A DNA stretch of 64,000 nt. It comes from Malacoraja senta (Eukaryota). Under the pieces are notes generated by a model. The model made no database searches. It saw nothing but the letters and a program-made list of their open reading frames with translations, and had not been told where the DNA came from. Positions 37,586-50,182 of this stretch are shown piece by piece. Position numbers and translations under genes: made by a program. Each line of letters starts with the position of its first letter. Within the stretch, counting starts at the first letter, position 1. The DNA lies in contig CM075988.1 of NCBI GenBank assembly GCA_038087875.1, positions 22,136,001-22,200,000 of the forward strand. The letters are read 5' to 3'.

Positions 37586-37775
37586 ACTTGGTATAGTGGA
37601 GCCTTATTTTAAAAATGTGTAAAACGGCTGAATCTAAATGTAATCAATAGAGTTCCTCTTAGTGCCAGATCACAGCCACCTTGCAGCAGCAGAATCTACA
37701 TATCACAATATTAAATGCATTATACACTTACAAAAATGATCAGTATAAAGGTTTTATCTGTGGAATCATTCTTAC

Positions 37776-37836
37776 CTCAGCTTCAGGACTTGATCTGACA
37801 TAATCAACACTCTCTGCTTTTGAGGAGGCCTCGTAT
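37776..37836 (-). CDS. JAM3: JAM3 exon 9: YEASSKAESVDYVRSSPEAE
   Basis: - strand gtttcag|A ... GAG|gtaaga; 61 nt. Confidence 0.9.
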
Positions 37837-39044
37837 CTGAAACAAATGTTTTGTACACAGCGTTGAAGCCAGAATGATTGTATGCCTGCATTGCGTGGAT
37901 GTTTCACTTAAATGATATACAAAGGTGAACTGTATATACATTTACATTATCTAATTAATAATATTCAGATTTAATTTTTCAGAGCATTAAATCATAAGTG
38001 TTTTGCCACAGTGATCATTTTGTAAAAACTCCCATTCATGTCATGTTGATGAGAAAAAGTACCCATGACTGCACCCCTAATGAAGAATAAATTTCCATTT
38101 GCTAATGTCAATAATTGGAAAATAATGGCCTATGGGTGTTCCATTTCCCAGTATCTGCCCCTTACCCTTAAACAAACTATTGTGATTGCAGGGAACTATG
38201 GATTAAATACATAAAGCACAGAAACAGTGGAGTACCCATAGCAGTATCCGTGGAGAAAATAATAGTTCATGTTTCCAGTCCACAACTGCTCATCAATCCA
38301 AAACAACATCCCAGAACAGTTTCTGTGTCGGAAAACTGGGAATGAATATTCCTCTGGTGAATGTCGCCAGAAGCAAGTTACTGTTGGCGTTGGGTTAATA
38401 GGCACGTGTACCAGGATACAGTGAAACACTCTCCCGGCACTGGGTGGCTGGGCTTGCAAGCGGTCACTTTTTAAATGAGCACAAGACTTCATCGCACAGT
38501 GGACAGGCAGAGAATTCGGAGGTAGACAAAAGTGCTGGAGAAATTCAGCGGGTGCAGCAGCATCTATGGAGCGAAGTAAATAGGCAACGTTTCGGGCCGA
38601 AACCCTTCTTCGAATTCGGAGTCCTGGAGAAGGGGTTTAAAATAGCCAGCTCAGACAGGCTGGGGCACAGGACTGGATTTCATGCCCTTTCCACCATGAC
38701 TACCATGAGTTATGTGGGTCTCCAGCACGGTCACATTACGCCTCAAGGTTCCACTTTGATATCACTTCCCCGAGTTGCTGTTTGTTTGAAAGTTAAAATT
38801 GAGAAATGCAAAAGGAACTGGACAGTTAAAGGAGCAAGATTTGTAGAACTTTGTGGAATGGGTAGGACTATCGTAGCTAATTTAAAGAGCTTCATGTTCC
38901 TAGTGCTGGCTTGATAAAATGCCTATCCTGGATTGCACGGATACGTTTATACCTTGCTCCTATCCCACATCTTAGGATGTCAAAACTCTCACGTTAGACA
39001 GTATTACAGGTTAGAAACTAAATGCTAGAATAAGCAATTCTTAC

Positions 39045-39063
39045 CTGTTTGCAGGCTGTTTCT
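39045..39063 (-). CDS. JAM3: JAM3 19-nt microexon: (K)KQPAN(R)
   Basis: - strand ctgtctttctccttccccag|AGAAACAGCCTGCAAACAG|gtaaga; needed to convert phase 1 to phase 2 between the flanking exons. Confidence 0.88.
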
Positions 39064-39799
39064 CTGGGGAAGGAGAAAGACAGGAGTGAATTACAGAAAT
39101 TAGCAAAGTGACACACAACAGACAGGTAGAGGCACACACGGTACAGAAATGGGCTCTTGAGCTCAACACAAAGCACCCATCAACAGTAATGCTACACTAA
39201 TCCAATTCTTCTTACACCCCCCCCCCCCCCCCCCCCACACACTTGAATCCCACCTCCCCAAACCCTCAATAATTTTCTTGCTACAGAGGGAATTCACAAT
39301 TCAACATTAACTAATAAGTGGTATTTTGTACATGGAAACAATGGATGAGCTGTGGGACTGAGGCAGCAGCTCTAACCACTGCCACCTGTATTAAACAAAG
39401 TGACGTTAGAAGTGAAGTTTTTGTTAGTAATGAACTGTGATACAAACACGTTTCTAGTATTGTCCCATTTTGCTGAAAAGAACAAACTATTCCCTCCATA
39501 CCAGTTGTTAGATTTTACCAGGCACAAGTAGGAATGTGAAAAGAATAGGATGAACTAAAACAGGTTCATGACATTTGTAAGGTACATAATTTTAAAGGAA
39601 TACCAGGTGAATAGTAAGGTATGGAGGAAGGCAAAGGGGAAACATTTAAACATAAAAAGGAAGCTAAGGCAAAAAACTGCAGTTGCTAGAAATCAGTAAT
39701 AAAAAACAAGATGCCTCAAAACCAAGCAGATCAGTACATCTCTGGAGGGAGAGAAGTGATTAACATCTCAAATCAGTTCCATTGAGAGATTGGAGACAA

Positions 39800-40040
39800 G
39801 GCACTGCAAGTGCTGGAGGAAGGGAGCATCTGTGGAAGGAATTCACAGGCGACGTATCAGGTTGGGACCTTCCTAGTATGTCCTGAGTGGAAAAAATCTC
39901 ATCTTGGGAGCAGATGTGATGGAGACGGAGATATTGAGAGTCCTTGCACGAGGCAGGGTGGTAGAGGTGTTGTCAAGGTATTAGTGGGTTTGTAGTCGAC
40001 GTCAATTGATAGACTGTTGCCTGCGATGGAGACGGAGGTC
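39800..40040 (-). mobile_element. Decayed PLE fragment
   Basis: Homologous to the PLE coding region at 49570-49740; adjacent terminal-repeat remnant. Confidence 0.6.
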
Positions 40041-40479
40041 ACAAGTTGTCAGAGATTGGTGTATTTGGTCTACATTGCCTCGCCCCACTCTTTCGAGGAG
40101 ATATAGTCGCAAGATAAGGAGTTGGCCACGGACCGGGAAGAAGAATTTCTCTGGAAAGTATATAAACTTGGAATTCTCTACCCCAGAGAACTCTGGACGT
40201 TGAATCATTATGTGAATTCTAGGCTGAGATTGAAATATTTTCAAACCTCAGAAATTGAGGATCAGGCAGGAAAATGGCATTGGAGGTCAATCTTCAGTCA
40301 AAGATCTTATCAAGCAGCAAAGACTCGAGAGATCGCAATGGTTGCACCACTCCCATTTCCTGTTCTTTTTTAGACACAGGATAAAAAATTGCAGCAAATG
40401 ACTCTTTTCCTGTCTGTCATCAATCAAAATGTGTTTTAAAACATGGTTATTTTAATACATAATTAAGCTGTTCTCTTAC

Positions 40480-40587
40480 TTGCAAAGTATCCACGTTTGT
40501 AAGCAAGCCTGATGACTATGCTTATAATCAGTAGAACAAGAACTACAACGAGAACACCACCAATGATCGCAGCAATATTAATGTCAT
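40480..40587 (-). CDS. JAM3: JAM3 exon 7 (transmembrane): DINIAAIIGGVLVVVLVLLIISIVIRLAYKRGYFA
   Basis: - strand ctgcag|AT ... GCAA|gtaaga; 108 nt. Confidence 0.95.
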
Positions 40588-41267
40588 CTGCAGAATAAAA
40601 ATAAATTATCCACACTTAAATCATTTATGATTTTTACCAAAAAGCAGGTTAAATGGAAAACTTATGTGACTATTACATTTTTAGAGCACCTTTTGTGTAA
40701 GAATATATGGCACTTCACAAAGCATCACTCGACAAGCAGAAAACAAGGGGGCTGTTCATAAGGGAGTATTTACAGTGACAATTGTCAGTAAATTCAGTGT
40801 GAAAGATCATTAAAATTCATAGCATGTTAATTTTGCCGGTATCTTAGTGCTGTGCTAAATACAAGCATGTTTTCAGTTACACAGTTGTTTTGTAACAATA
40901 ACTGCACACTTACAAATGTGCAACTTGGGGGAAATAATAGTTTAGCAGGCCTTTTAACAATAGAAATGTAATATTACATCATAACATGCAGGTTTTGATG
41001 AGGATTCATAGGTACAGGAGCAGAATTAGCCCATTCGGCCCATCCAGTCTACTCCACCATTCAATCATGGCAGATCTATCTTTCCCTCTCAACCCCATTC
41101 TCCTGCCTTCTCCCCATAACCTTTGACACCCGTACTAATCTAGAATCTGTCACTCTCCGCTTTGAAAATACGGAAAGACTTGGCTTCCTCAGCCATCTGT
41201 GACAATGAATTCCACAGATTCACCACCCTCTGACTTCATAGGTGAGATTCCTCTCACTGAAGAGTAA

Positions 41268-41571
41268 TGGTCCTGTCCCACGGTACGAGTTCATTTCCAA
41301 GAGCTCTCCCGAGTTTGCCCTGATTCGAACTCGGAGATTTACGGTAATGGCCACTCGTCGGTACTCGGGACTCTCGTGGACATTTTTCAACATGTTGAAA
41401 AATCTTCACGAGTCTTCCCGTGCTTACCTGCCGTTAGCGTTACAAGCCGCTAAGAGACGTCCCCGAGCTCCGACGTACCCGCTACGTTCATTCTCCGTGC
41501 TTACCACGAGTTTAATTTTTTTAAAACTCGGGAGAGCTCTTGGAATGAACTCGTACAGTGGGACAGGGCCA
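41268..41571. mobile_element. MITE (PIF/Harbinger-like), ~48-bp TIRs
   Basis: tggtcctgtcccacggtacgagttcatttccaagagctctcccgagttt / aaactcgggagagctcttggaatgaactcgtacagtgggacagggcca; flanks taa and tta. Confidence 0.8.
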
Positions 41572-41699
41572 TTAGGAACTTTATACATAGTCTACGGACA
41601 ATGGGTCGGTTAGTAAGGACTGAGACTGAATGTCTTTCAGCAGCAGATTTTAAATATTTGGAATTATGAATGTCAGAGGGCTGTGCTCCAGAACAATAA

Positions 41700-42260
41700 C
41701 TACCTGACAAGGTGGAAAACTGCCCAGCTATCTCCTGTTCCCAACGCAGGACAGTCTAATCCAGTTCATTATGACAGTCTTGTCTCAGTGATGGGAGCTC
41801 TCTTGGATAGTGCTATCAAGCAGCACCTAGTCATCAAACAACAAACTCATTCATGCTCAGCCAGGATCAAAAGAACCAATAACAAGGGTGATGAGAGAGT
41901 GACTGCCTCTAATGTCAAGGCAGCATTTGACAGTATGGGGCATCAAGGCTTCCTGATAACATTAATGTCAAAGGGAAAAGATTGCTAACTGGAGTCATGC
42001 CGCACACAAAGGAAGATGGTTGAGATCAATTATCCCAGCCCCACCACGTCACTGCAGCAGTTCCTCAGGATTGTGTCATAGACTCAACATTGTTGGCTGC
42101 TTCATCCATGACCGACCTGCCCTTCTTCACAAGGTTAATAGAGTTGTCCGCACAATGCTCAATTCTGTTTGCAACTCAAAACCAAATGAAGCCGTCTCTG
42201 GCTGCATGCAGCATGACCTAGGCTACCTTCAGACACGGGCTGATACGTGGTAGGTCACAT
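41700..42260 (+). mobile_element. Old LINE RT fragment
   Basis: WKTAQLSPVP...NP..Y..S and VKAAFDS..HQG RT motifs. Confidence 0.6.
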
Positions 42261-42734
42261 TCAACGTTAATGGGAACGTCAAGATGTCACACCTTACCTT
42301 GATGTAGGTCCTTCATCCCAGATCTCCCTACCCAACAGAACTGTGGCTGTTCCTTCAACATTAGAACCGCAGCAATATTAAAAAGGTGACACGCCGCTCC
42401 CTTCTCAAAGGCAATTGAGGATGGACAATAAACGTTAGCCTTGCCAGTGATAATCAGATCCCAAACATGAACAGGGGGGGGGGGGGGGGGGGGGGAAATC
42501 AAGACCAAGATCAAAATATGTTTGGATGAGGCAAGAGAATGAGTCTGACATACAGAAGCAGCCATGAACTGAACCAAGGGAATCAAAGGCCCATTCTCGA
42601 TCCGATGGCTTCAACAGTTTAGCCCTTTCTCTGGAGTTAGTCGAGGCTGATGGTGAAGTTGTTGCAAAACACAAAGTGCAAAATAACTACAGAAATTGAT
42701 CAGGCTTTTACAAATTTAAATTCAAACTCATGTT

Positions 42735-42955
42735 AGTCTGTGGAATTCTCTGCCTCAGAGGGCAGTGGAGGCAGGTTCTCTGGATGCTTTCAAGAGAGAG
42801 CTAGATGGGGCTCTTAAAAATAGCGGAGTCAGGGGATATGGGGAGAAGGCAGGAACGGGGTACTGATTGGGGATGATCAGCCATGATCACATTGAATGGC
42901 GGTGCTGGCTCGAAAGGCCAAATGGCCTACTCCTGCACCTATTGTCTATTGTCTA
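42735..42955 (+). mobile_element. CR1 3' end
   Basis: ctgtggaattctctgcctcag...ggggagaaggcagg...(attgtct)n tail. Confidence 0.85.
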
Positions 42956-43207
42956 TTATAAAATATGGATACTGATAGCAAAGCATTTACTACCAACTCC
43001 TATTTAAACTTGACTGGACGATGGTGAGCCATCTCACCCCATATTGCTATTGAACAGCCTCACCCATTAGGTACAGTGCAGATAAACCTGAGTGTTTTCT
43101 AGTTAGAGTCAGAGGAGGGAAAAACAATGCAAAGACAAAACTGAAGGCTTTATCCGAATGCACATAGTATGTGAAAACACCAAACACAGCAGCTGAGGCC
43201 AACTTAC

Positions 43208-43307
43208 AGACGTCCATCCGCTGAGGTTCGCACCTTGCCTGGCCAGCATTGTTCCTGGCAACACAGTGATAATCCCCAATGTCCAGCTTTGAGGTGATGC
43301 TGAAGTG
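43208..43307 (-). CDS. JAM3: JAM3 exon 6: HFSITSKLDIGDYHCVARNNAGQARCEPQRMDV(Y)
   Basis: - strand ttcacag|CAC ... GTCT|gtaagt; 100 nt. Confidence 0.95.
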
Positions 43308-43446
43308 CTGTGAAAATCACACATTTATCAATATAATTAGCTCACTTGTTCTTTTCACTGTGTTTGGAATTCAAACCCAAGCTAAGATGTTGTTTACTCA
43401 ATGTTGAAACATTCAAGACTTTGGATGTTGCTAGAACTCAGCGACC

Positions 43447-43646
43447 NNNNNNNNNNNNNNNNNNNNNNNNNNNNNNNNNNNNNNNNNNNNNNNNNNNNNN
43501 NNNNNNNNNNNNNNNNNNNNNNNNNNNNNNNNNNNNNNNNNNNNNNNNNNNNNNNNNNNNNNNNNNNNNNNNNNNNNNNNNNNNNNNNNNNNNNNNNNNN
43601 NNNNNNNNNNNNNNNNNNNNNNNNNNNNNNNNNNNNNNNNNNNNNN
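43447..43646. other. Assembly gap (200 N)
   Basis: Run of exactly 200 N. Confidence 1.
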
Positions 43647-43800
43647 GAGTTGGATCTTGGGTCATGTGGAACGATGACACCGTTCTTGTACCAGGTGTAC
43701 GTGGGCGGTGGGTAACCTTCATGCTCAGTACAGGTCAAGATCGCTGCCTTGCCCACTGGCACAGATGTCGGCACATCGCATTTTGGTGCAACTGGCTTCA
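43647..43800 (-). CDS. JAM3: JAM3 exon 5, partial (runs into N gap): (V)KPVAPKCDVPTSVPVGKAAILTCTEHEGYPPPTYTWYKNGVIVPHDPRSN
   Basis: - strand cttccag|TG; frame is open up to the gap; donor not visible. Confidence 0.93.
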
Positions 43801-44341
43801 CTGGAAGAAAAGAAACACAGAGTTAAGTGGGGTATCGAGATACTGAGTTTACAGTGGGGTGATCGCTGGTCGGCATGGACTCGGTGGGCCGAAGGGCCGA
43901 TAGCACTGTCATGGACGCCTTGCACTACTCTGCAGATGCTTGAGAGAAAACTGGTTACATGGAAACCAGACATTGAGTCAGCATTGTAAGAGGCCCAATG
44001 TCCTACCACATCCCTGCTGACCATCAGGTACTCATCTATAATAATTGCATTCTCTACCACAGGCCCCATTCACTTCTATGCCTTGGTTTTCCAAGTTGTC
44101 ATCGAGATACTTCTTAAATGTGGTGTCTCTGTTAGCCTCATCCTCAAGCAGTGTGTTCCATACTCCAACAAGAGACCCATTCTAAAACTCGTACCCCTTG
44201 CCTTAAACCCACGCCCTCTGCTTTAGACACCTCTGCTATGTGTACACATCTCTTCACACTGGTCGGTCCTAACTATGCTCCTCAGTCAAGTCCCCCCCCT
44301 CAGCCCACTTTGTTCCATGGAAAACATTTCCAGCCAATCTA

Positions 44342-44522
44342 AAGTACAAAGTGCTGGAGGAACTCAGTGGCTCAGGCAGCATCGGGGAAGGAGGGAATTG
44401 ACAGACAATGTCTTGGATCAAGACCCTTCTCCGGTCTGAAGAAAAGTTGCAACATGAAAAGTCGCCTGCCCATTTCCCTCCACAGATGCTGCCTGGCCCA
44501 CTGAGTTCTACCAGCAGTGTAT
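44342..44522. mobile_element. PLE terminal-repeat foldback element (old)
   Basis: gtgctggaggaactcagtggctcaggcagcatc / gatgctgcctggcccactgagttctaccagca, with ctgaaga at the centre. Confidence 0.7.
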
Positions 44523-44918
44523 TTTTACTGAGGATGGGGATATTCTTGGAGTGTCTCCTCTCAGTGACAGCCTCATTATTCACCACCATCATCAATATCC
44601 TGCAAATGCAGAGCTTCAATCTAATCCGTTGGTTGCAAAATTGTTTAGCTTGATGAAAATGGCCCATGAATAGCAAAGGATTGCCCTGGGAAGGGTTAAT
44701 AAGTCATAAAGAAATTTCTGAAATGTCAACTATCTACCTGCTTCCACAGGTGCTGCCTAACCCACTGAGTTCTTCCAGCAACTCTCCTTTTATTCCTGGA
44801 GATAATATTTAAAATATTTTTCCAGTAATATTCTCTCGTGCAGACACAAGTAATTAAAATAAAAGCAGGAAACACAGAAATAACTGGATTATCCACACTG
44901 GGACGTGGCGATAATTAC

Positions 44919-45068
44919 CCTGCACTGTTAGGTTAACAGAAATTTCACCCAGGCTTCCTGTTTCTACAAATACAACCTCACAGCGGTAAACTGCAGTGTC
45001 CTTACGAGTCACGTTGCGTATTTTTAGAGAGGAACCTCCTTGCAGTTCCGCACGATTTATCAGATCTC
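44919..45068 (-). CDS. JAM3: JAM3 exon 4: DLINRAELQGGSSLKIRNVTRKDTAVYRCEVVFVETGSLGEISVNLTVQ
   Basis: - strand cttttcag|GA ... CAGG|gtaatt; 150 nt; DxAxYRC Ig motif. Confidence 0.95.
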
Positions 45069-45234
45069 CTGAAAAGAGAAAAGATATTGAATATGTATGT
45101 TATGTTTTATACTTTGGCATTATAACGATGTATTTTATCATGCCAATAAAAAATATTTTTAATTGAAAATTGAAAAAATTGAATATTGAAGAAAATGTCA
45201 CTTGGCTCTATGAAGCACCTCAAACAAACCAATG

Positions 45235-45775
45235 ATTTAGTTTTAGACTTTAGAGATACAGCGCGGAAACTGACCCTTCGGCCCACCGAGTCCGTAACGA
45301 CCAGCGATCACCCCATACACTAGCACTATCCTACATACTAGGGACAATTTACAGTTTTTGCCAAAGCCATAATAATCTACAAACCTGTACGTCTTTGGAG
45401 TTTGTGTCGGCGTGGACTCAGTGATGAAGGCCCAGGCTGAAGGGCATGTTTCCACACTGTAAATCTTTTTAAAATTATTTTTCTTTAAAGAGATACAGTG
45501 CGGACGCAGGCCCTTCGGCCCACCGAGTCCACACCGACCAGCGATCCCCGCACATTAATACTATCCTACACACACTAGGGACAATTTACACTTATACCAA
45601 GCCAATTAACCTACAAACCAGTACGTCTTTGGAGTGTGGGAGGAAACTGAAGATCTCAGAGAAAAGCCACGCAGGTCATGGGGAGAAGGTACAAACTCCG
45701 TACAGAGAGCACCTGTAGTCGGGATTGAACCCGGGTCTCCAGCGCTGCAAACTCCACCGCTGCACAACCGTGCCG
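45235..45775 (-). mobile_element. Two tandem HE1-type SINEs (first partial, with an inverted tail piece)
   Basis: Family consensus. Confidence 0.8.
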
Positions 45776-46244
45776 TACTTCTGAACCTAAACTCTAAATT
45801 CCTGAACTTGGTCACTTAGTAATTGTGCCTCAGGGATAGCTATTTATTTTACCCAGGTATTTCGACATGTGCCATTAATTCACCCATCATCTGTAATAAA
45901 TACTGTGTTCAGGTAGAGGGCTTTCATTTTTACCTTTTCACCATTTTTCTGTGTTCTATTTCGAACTGGAGGTTTACCGTCCAGTGTCCCTTCAGATTAT
46001 CTTGTCTATTTTACAATCCTGCATTATCACTTTGCCTTCTTTAACTTTAACACATCCGCTCTAACTTTCTACATTTCTCTTCACCCGGTTACAGTCGGAT
46101 CAGCCTTAATCTCATTAGATGGCGGGGAGCTCGAGAGGACAACTGGGCTTCCCCTGCCCCTGATGAACCTGCTCGTGTGTAACCTCTGGATTATTATCTC
46201 AGCTGCGTACAAATGGCCGAGGGTAAATAAGGTCAGAGAACTGG

Positions 46245-46660
46245 CTGGCACAGTGGCGTAGCTGGTAGAGCTGCTGTGTCACAGTGCCAGAGACACAGGT
46301 TCAATCGTTACCCTGGGAGCCATCTGCGTGGAGTTTGCAAATTCTCCCTGTGACCGCATGGGTTTTCTCCCACGTCCCAAAGTCATGCGAGTTTATAGGT
46401 TAATTGGCCTCTAAATTGCTCCTGGTGAGTTGAGTTGAATTGAGTTTAGTTTATTGGCATGTGTACAGTGAAAAGCTTTTGTTGCGTGCTAACCAGTCAG
46501 TGGAAGGACAATACATGATTACAATCGAGCCGGGCCACAATGTACAGGGAATAGATGAGAAAGTGGGATAACATAGAACTAGTGTGAAAGGGTGATCGAT
46601 GGTCAGGTGTGGACTCGGTGGGCTGTGGAGCCTGTTTTCATGCTGTATCTTTCAATCAAA
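46245..46660 (+). mobile_element. HE1-type SINE interrupted by a Rex1-like tail fragment
   Basis: Head and core at 46245-46425; tail resumes near 46550. Confidence 0.7.
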
Positions 46661-47053
46661 AATAACTAAATATGTGGCCCAGCAGTACTGGGGAAGGAAG
46701 GAGCTGATCCATGATGCTATGTAAAACCTCATCGAGACCCCTAGTTATTTGCTTCACAAAAACATTGGTCACACTGATTTAAGTGAAGCCTATCCCAATG
46801 GAACAGCTCCCCCTTTCCCCAATACTGTCACCTGCACCCCTTGTGCACGAGCACATCAAAATAAATGATCAAAAGGCAAATTCCGGTGAGATTGAGACAG
46901 AATTACAGTGACATTTTTCAAGATATTAAAAAAATTGAAGAAATCAAGAAAGACAAGACCTGTGTAAGTTTCTCAATTGATAGTTGTATCTGCTCAAAAG
47001 ATTTTGCACATTTTTGATATAGGAGAGATTATGGAAAATAAATCAGAACATAC

Positions 47054-47161
47054 CTTGAATTTGTTTATCAAAATATACAAAATCTGTGGCAGCATTTAAT
47101 TTCTTCCATTCAATACGATGCTTATTATGACTGGAGTGGATAATGCAGGATAGCACAACAC
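47054..47161 (-). CDS. JAM3: JAM3 exon 3: VVLSCIIHSSHNKHRIEWKKLNAATDFVYFDKQIQ(G)
   Basis: - strand ctttcag|GT ... CAAG|gtatgt; 108 nt; RIEWKK motif. Confidence 0.95.
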
Positions 47162-47262
47162 CTGAAAGAAAATTATCTCAGCGTTAGATTGAATTGAAAT
47201 TCTTTTTCAAATGCATTTGTGTACAAAGAGTTGTGGGCAAGCTGGTTCAGTTAATACCTCTC

Positions 47263-48648
47263 ACATACATAGATACATAGATACATAGAAAATAGGTGCA
47301 GGAGTAGGCCATTCGGCCCTTCGAGCCTGCACCGCCATTCAATATGATCATGGCTGATCATCCAACTCAGTATCCCGTACCTGCCTTCTCTCCATACCCC
47401 CTGATCCCTTTAGCCACAAGGGCCACATCTAACTCCCTCTTAAATATAGCCAATGAACTGGCCTCAACTACCCTCTGTGGCAGACAGTTCCAGAGATTCA
47501 CCACTCTCTGTGTGAAAAAGTTTTTTCTCATCTCGGTCTTAAAGGATTTCCCCCTTATCCTTAAGCTGTGACCCCTTGTCCTGGACTTCCCCAACATCGG
47601 GAACAATCTTCCTGCATCTAGCCTGTCCAACCCCATAAGAATTTTGTACGTTTCTATAAGATCCCCTCTCAATCTCCTAAATTCTAGCGAGTTTAAGCCA
47701 AGTCTATCCAGTCTTTCTTCATATGAAAGACCTGACATCCCAGGAATCAGTCTGGTGAACCTTCTCTGCACTCCCTCTATGGCTATAATGTCCTTCCTCA
47801 GATTTGGAGACCAAAACTGTACGCAATACTCCAGGTGTGGTCTCACCAAGACCCTGTACAACTGCAGTAGAACCTCCCTGCTCCTATACTCAAATCCTTT
47901 TGCTATGAAAGCTAACATACCATTCGCTTTCTTCACTGCCTGCTGCACCTGCATGCCTACTTTCAATGACTGGTGTACCATGACACCCAGGTCTCGCTGC
48001 ATCTCCCCTTTTCCTAATCGGCCACCATTTAGATAATAGTCTACTTTCCTGTTTTTGCCACCAAAGTGGATAACCTCACATTTATCCACATTATACTGCA
48101 TCTGCCTAACATTTGCCCACTCACCCAGCCTATCCAAATCACCTTGCAGTCTCCTAGCATCCTCCTCACAGCTAACACTGCCCCCCAGCTTAGTGTCATC
48201 CGCAAACTTGGAGATGTTGCCTTCAATTCCCTCATCCTGTTCATTAATATAAATTGTAAATAGCTGGGGCCCCAGCACTGAGCCTTGCGGTACCCCACTA
48301 GTCACTGCCTGCCATTGTGAAAAGGACCTGTTTACTCCTACTCTTTGCTTCCTGTTTGCCAGCCAGTTCTCTATCCACATCAATACTGAACCCCCACTAC
48401 CGTGTGCTTTAAGTTTGTATACTAATCTCTTATGTGGGACCTTGTCAAAAGCCTTCTGAAAGTCCAGATACACCACATCCACTGGTTCTCCCCTATCCAC
48501 TCTACTAGTTACATCCTCGAAAAATTCTATAAGATTCGTCAGACATGATTTACCTTTCGTAAATCCATGCTGAGTTTGTCCAATGATTTCACCACTTTCC
48601 AAATGTGCTGCTATCCCATCTTTAATAACTGACTCTAGCAGTTTCCCC
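47263..48648 (-). mobile_element. Young 5'-truncated CR1-type LINE with open RT frame
   Basis: 444-aa ORF: QHGF, KSCLTNL, YLDFQKAFD, GVPQGSVLGP, FADD; (atctatgt)n tail. Confidence 0.95.
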
Positions 48649-48910
48649 ATAAAGCAACTTATTGTAGAAAATTCTAATGCACTAAATAAATCTAATGGCA
48701 AGTACTACAACCTACCAAGAGCATGATTTCAGAATGAATTGTAACATTAGGCTATTTTGAGACAAATATTCAATTTTTTTTTTGAAGAAATACAGGAATA
48801 CACCAACAAAAATACAAAGGAGCAGGAATAGAAGGCAGCAGGATGGAGACAGGCTCTATGCGAATGCAGAAAATACACTTCACAGCGAGGGGGAAAAAGC
48901 ATCCACTTAC

Positions 48911-48976
48911 TGTCAAACTCATTCACCACGATAGTTGGAGTGTCAGTTTTTACCCATTGCGCCCATACCTGATAAA
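48911..48976 (-). CDS. JAM3: JAM3 exon 2: YQVWAQWVKTDTPTIVVNEFD(S)
   Basis: - strand ttctcag|TT ... GACA|gtaagt; 66 nt; aligns to recalled human ...TPVVQEFES. Confidence 0.85.
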
Positions 48977-50182
48977 CTGAGAAAGAATGAACATCAAGTA
49001 TTATTCCTATTGACAATGTTTCAAAATTCTAGCTGGTAAAAGTCTTTAACAAAACTCCAAAAACAAGGCTATTTGGCAAAGAAAGATTGGGGCAGATGAG
49101 ACTTCTCTTGTGGAGAATCAGTTCAGGCCAATCACCCAACTGCACAGCACTGCAGCACAGTGGTGGAGTTGCTGCCTTACAGCGCCAGAGACCCGGAATT
49201 CGATCCTTGAGTAAACTAAGGAGTTGCGGAACGAGCGGACTCTGGGGAAAGCAGAAAGGGGTGGGGATGGGAAGATGTGGTGGGATCACGTCGGAGGTGA
49301 TGGAAATATCGGAGAATTGTGTGTTGAATGTGGAGGCTGGTGGGGTGAAAGGTGAGGATCAGAAGAACTCCATCCTTGTTCCGTTGGGGAGAGGAGAATC
49401 ACGAGACACGGGTGAGGGATTCATCTTGATTCCGTTAGCTTAGGGCTAATGGAATCAAGGGATATGGGGAGAATGCAGGAATGGAGTATTGATTTTGGAT
49501 GATCAAAGGGCCTATTTTCTATGTCTATGTAACAGGGGCAAATCCACATTTACTAAAGAGAGAGGGCATCTCGGATGTCCTGGAATGGAAAGTGTCATCT
49601 TAGGAGCAGATGTAGCAGAGACACAGAAATTGAGATTAGGGAATAGTCTTTGCAAGAGGCAGGATGGGAGGAGATGGGAAGTCAGTGGGTCTACAGTAGA
49701 CGGCAGTTGATAGTCTGTCTCCTGTGACGGAGAACGAGGGATCAAGAAAGGGGAGAAATGTGTAGGAAAGAACTGCAGATGCTGGTTTAAATCAATGGTA
49801 GACACAAAATGCTGGAGTAACTCAGCGGGACAGGCAGCATCTCTAGAGAGAAGGAATGGGTGACGTTTCGGGTCGAGGCCCTTTTTCAGACTGATGTCAG
49901 GAGAGTGGGTGGGACAGAGATAGAATGTAGTCGGAGACAGTAAGACTGGTGGAAGAACTGAGAAGGGCGAGGGGTAGAGAGAGGGAAAGCAAGGGCTATT
50001 TGAAGTGTCAGAGATAGTCCAAGTGAATTTGAGGGCAAGTTAGTGGCGACGGTAATGAAATCTACAAGTTCTGCACGGGTACAGGTGGCAATTGTTCATG
50101 TAGCGGAGAAAGAGTTGGGGGTTGGTGCCAGTGTAGGTTTGGAGCAAGGACTGTTCGATGTAACCAACAAAGAAGCAGGCAT

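Larger units (their letters stand above)
37230..48976 (-). other. JAM3: JAM3 (junctional adhesion molecule C) gene, coding exons 2-10; exon 1 lies beyond the window end
   Basis: V-type Ig domain with RIE dimerisation motif, C2 Ig domain, TM helix and C-terminus GDFRHKSSFVI (identical to recalled human JAM3). Tail-to-tail with NCAPD3. Confidence 0.96.

Noticed and set aside
43346..43846. ORFs spanning the X run
   Set aside because: Artefacts of translating the N gap; only the - strand JAM3 frame is real.
47367..48701. 444-aa reverse-transcriptase ORF as a host gene or active element
   Set aside because: It is a 5'-truncated CR1 copy without endonuclease, ORF1 or promoter; the ORF start lies in flanking intron.
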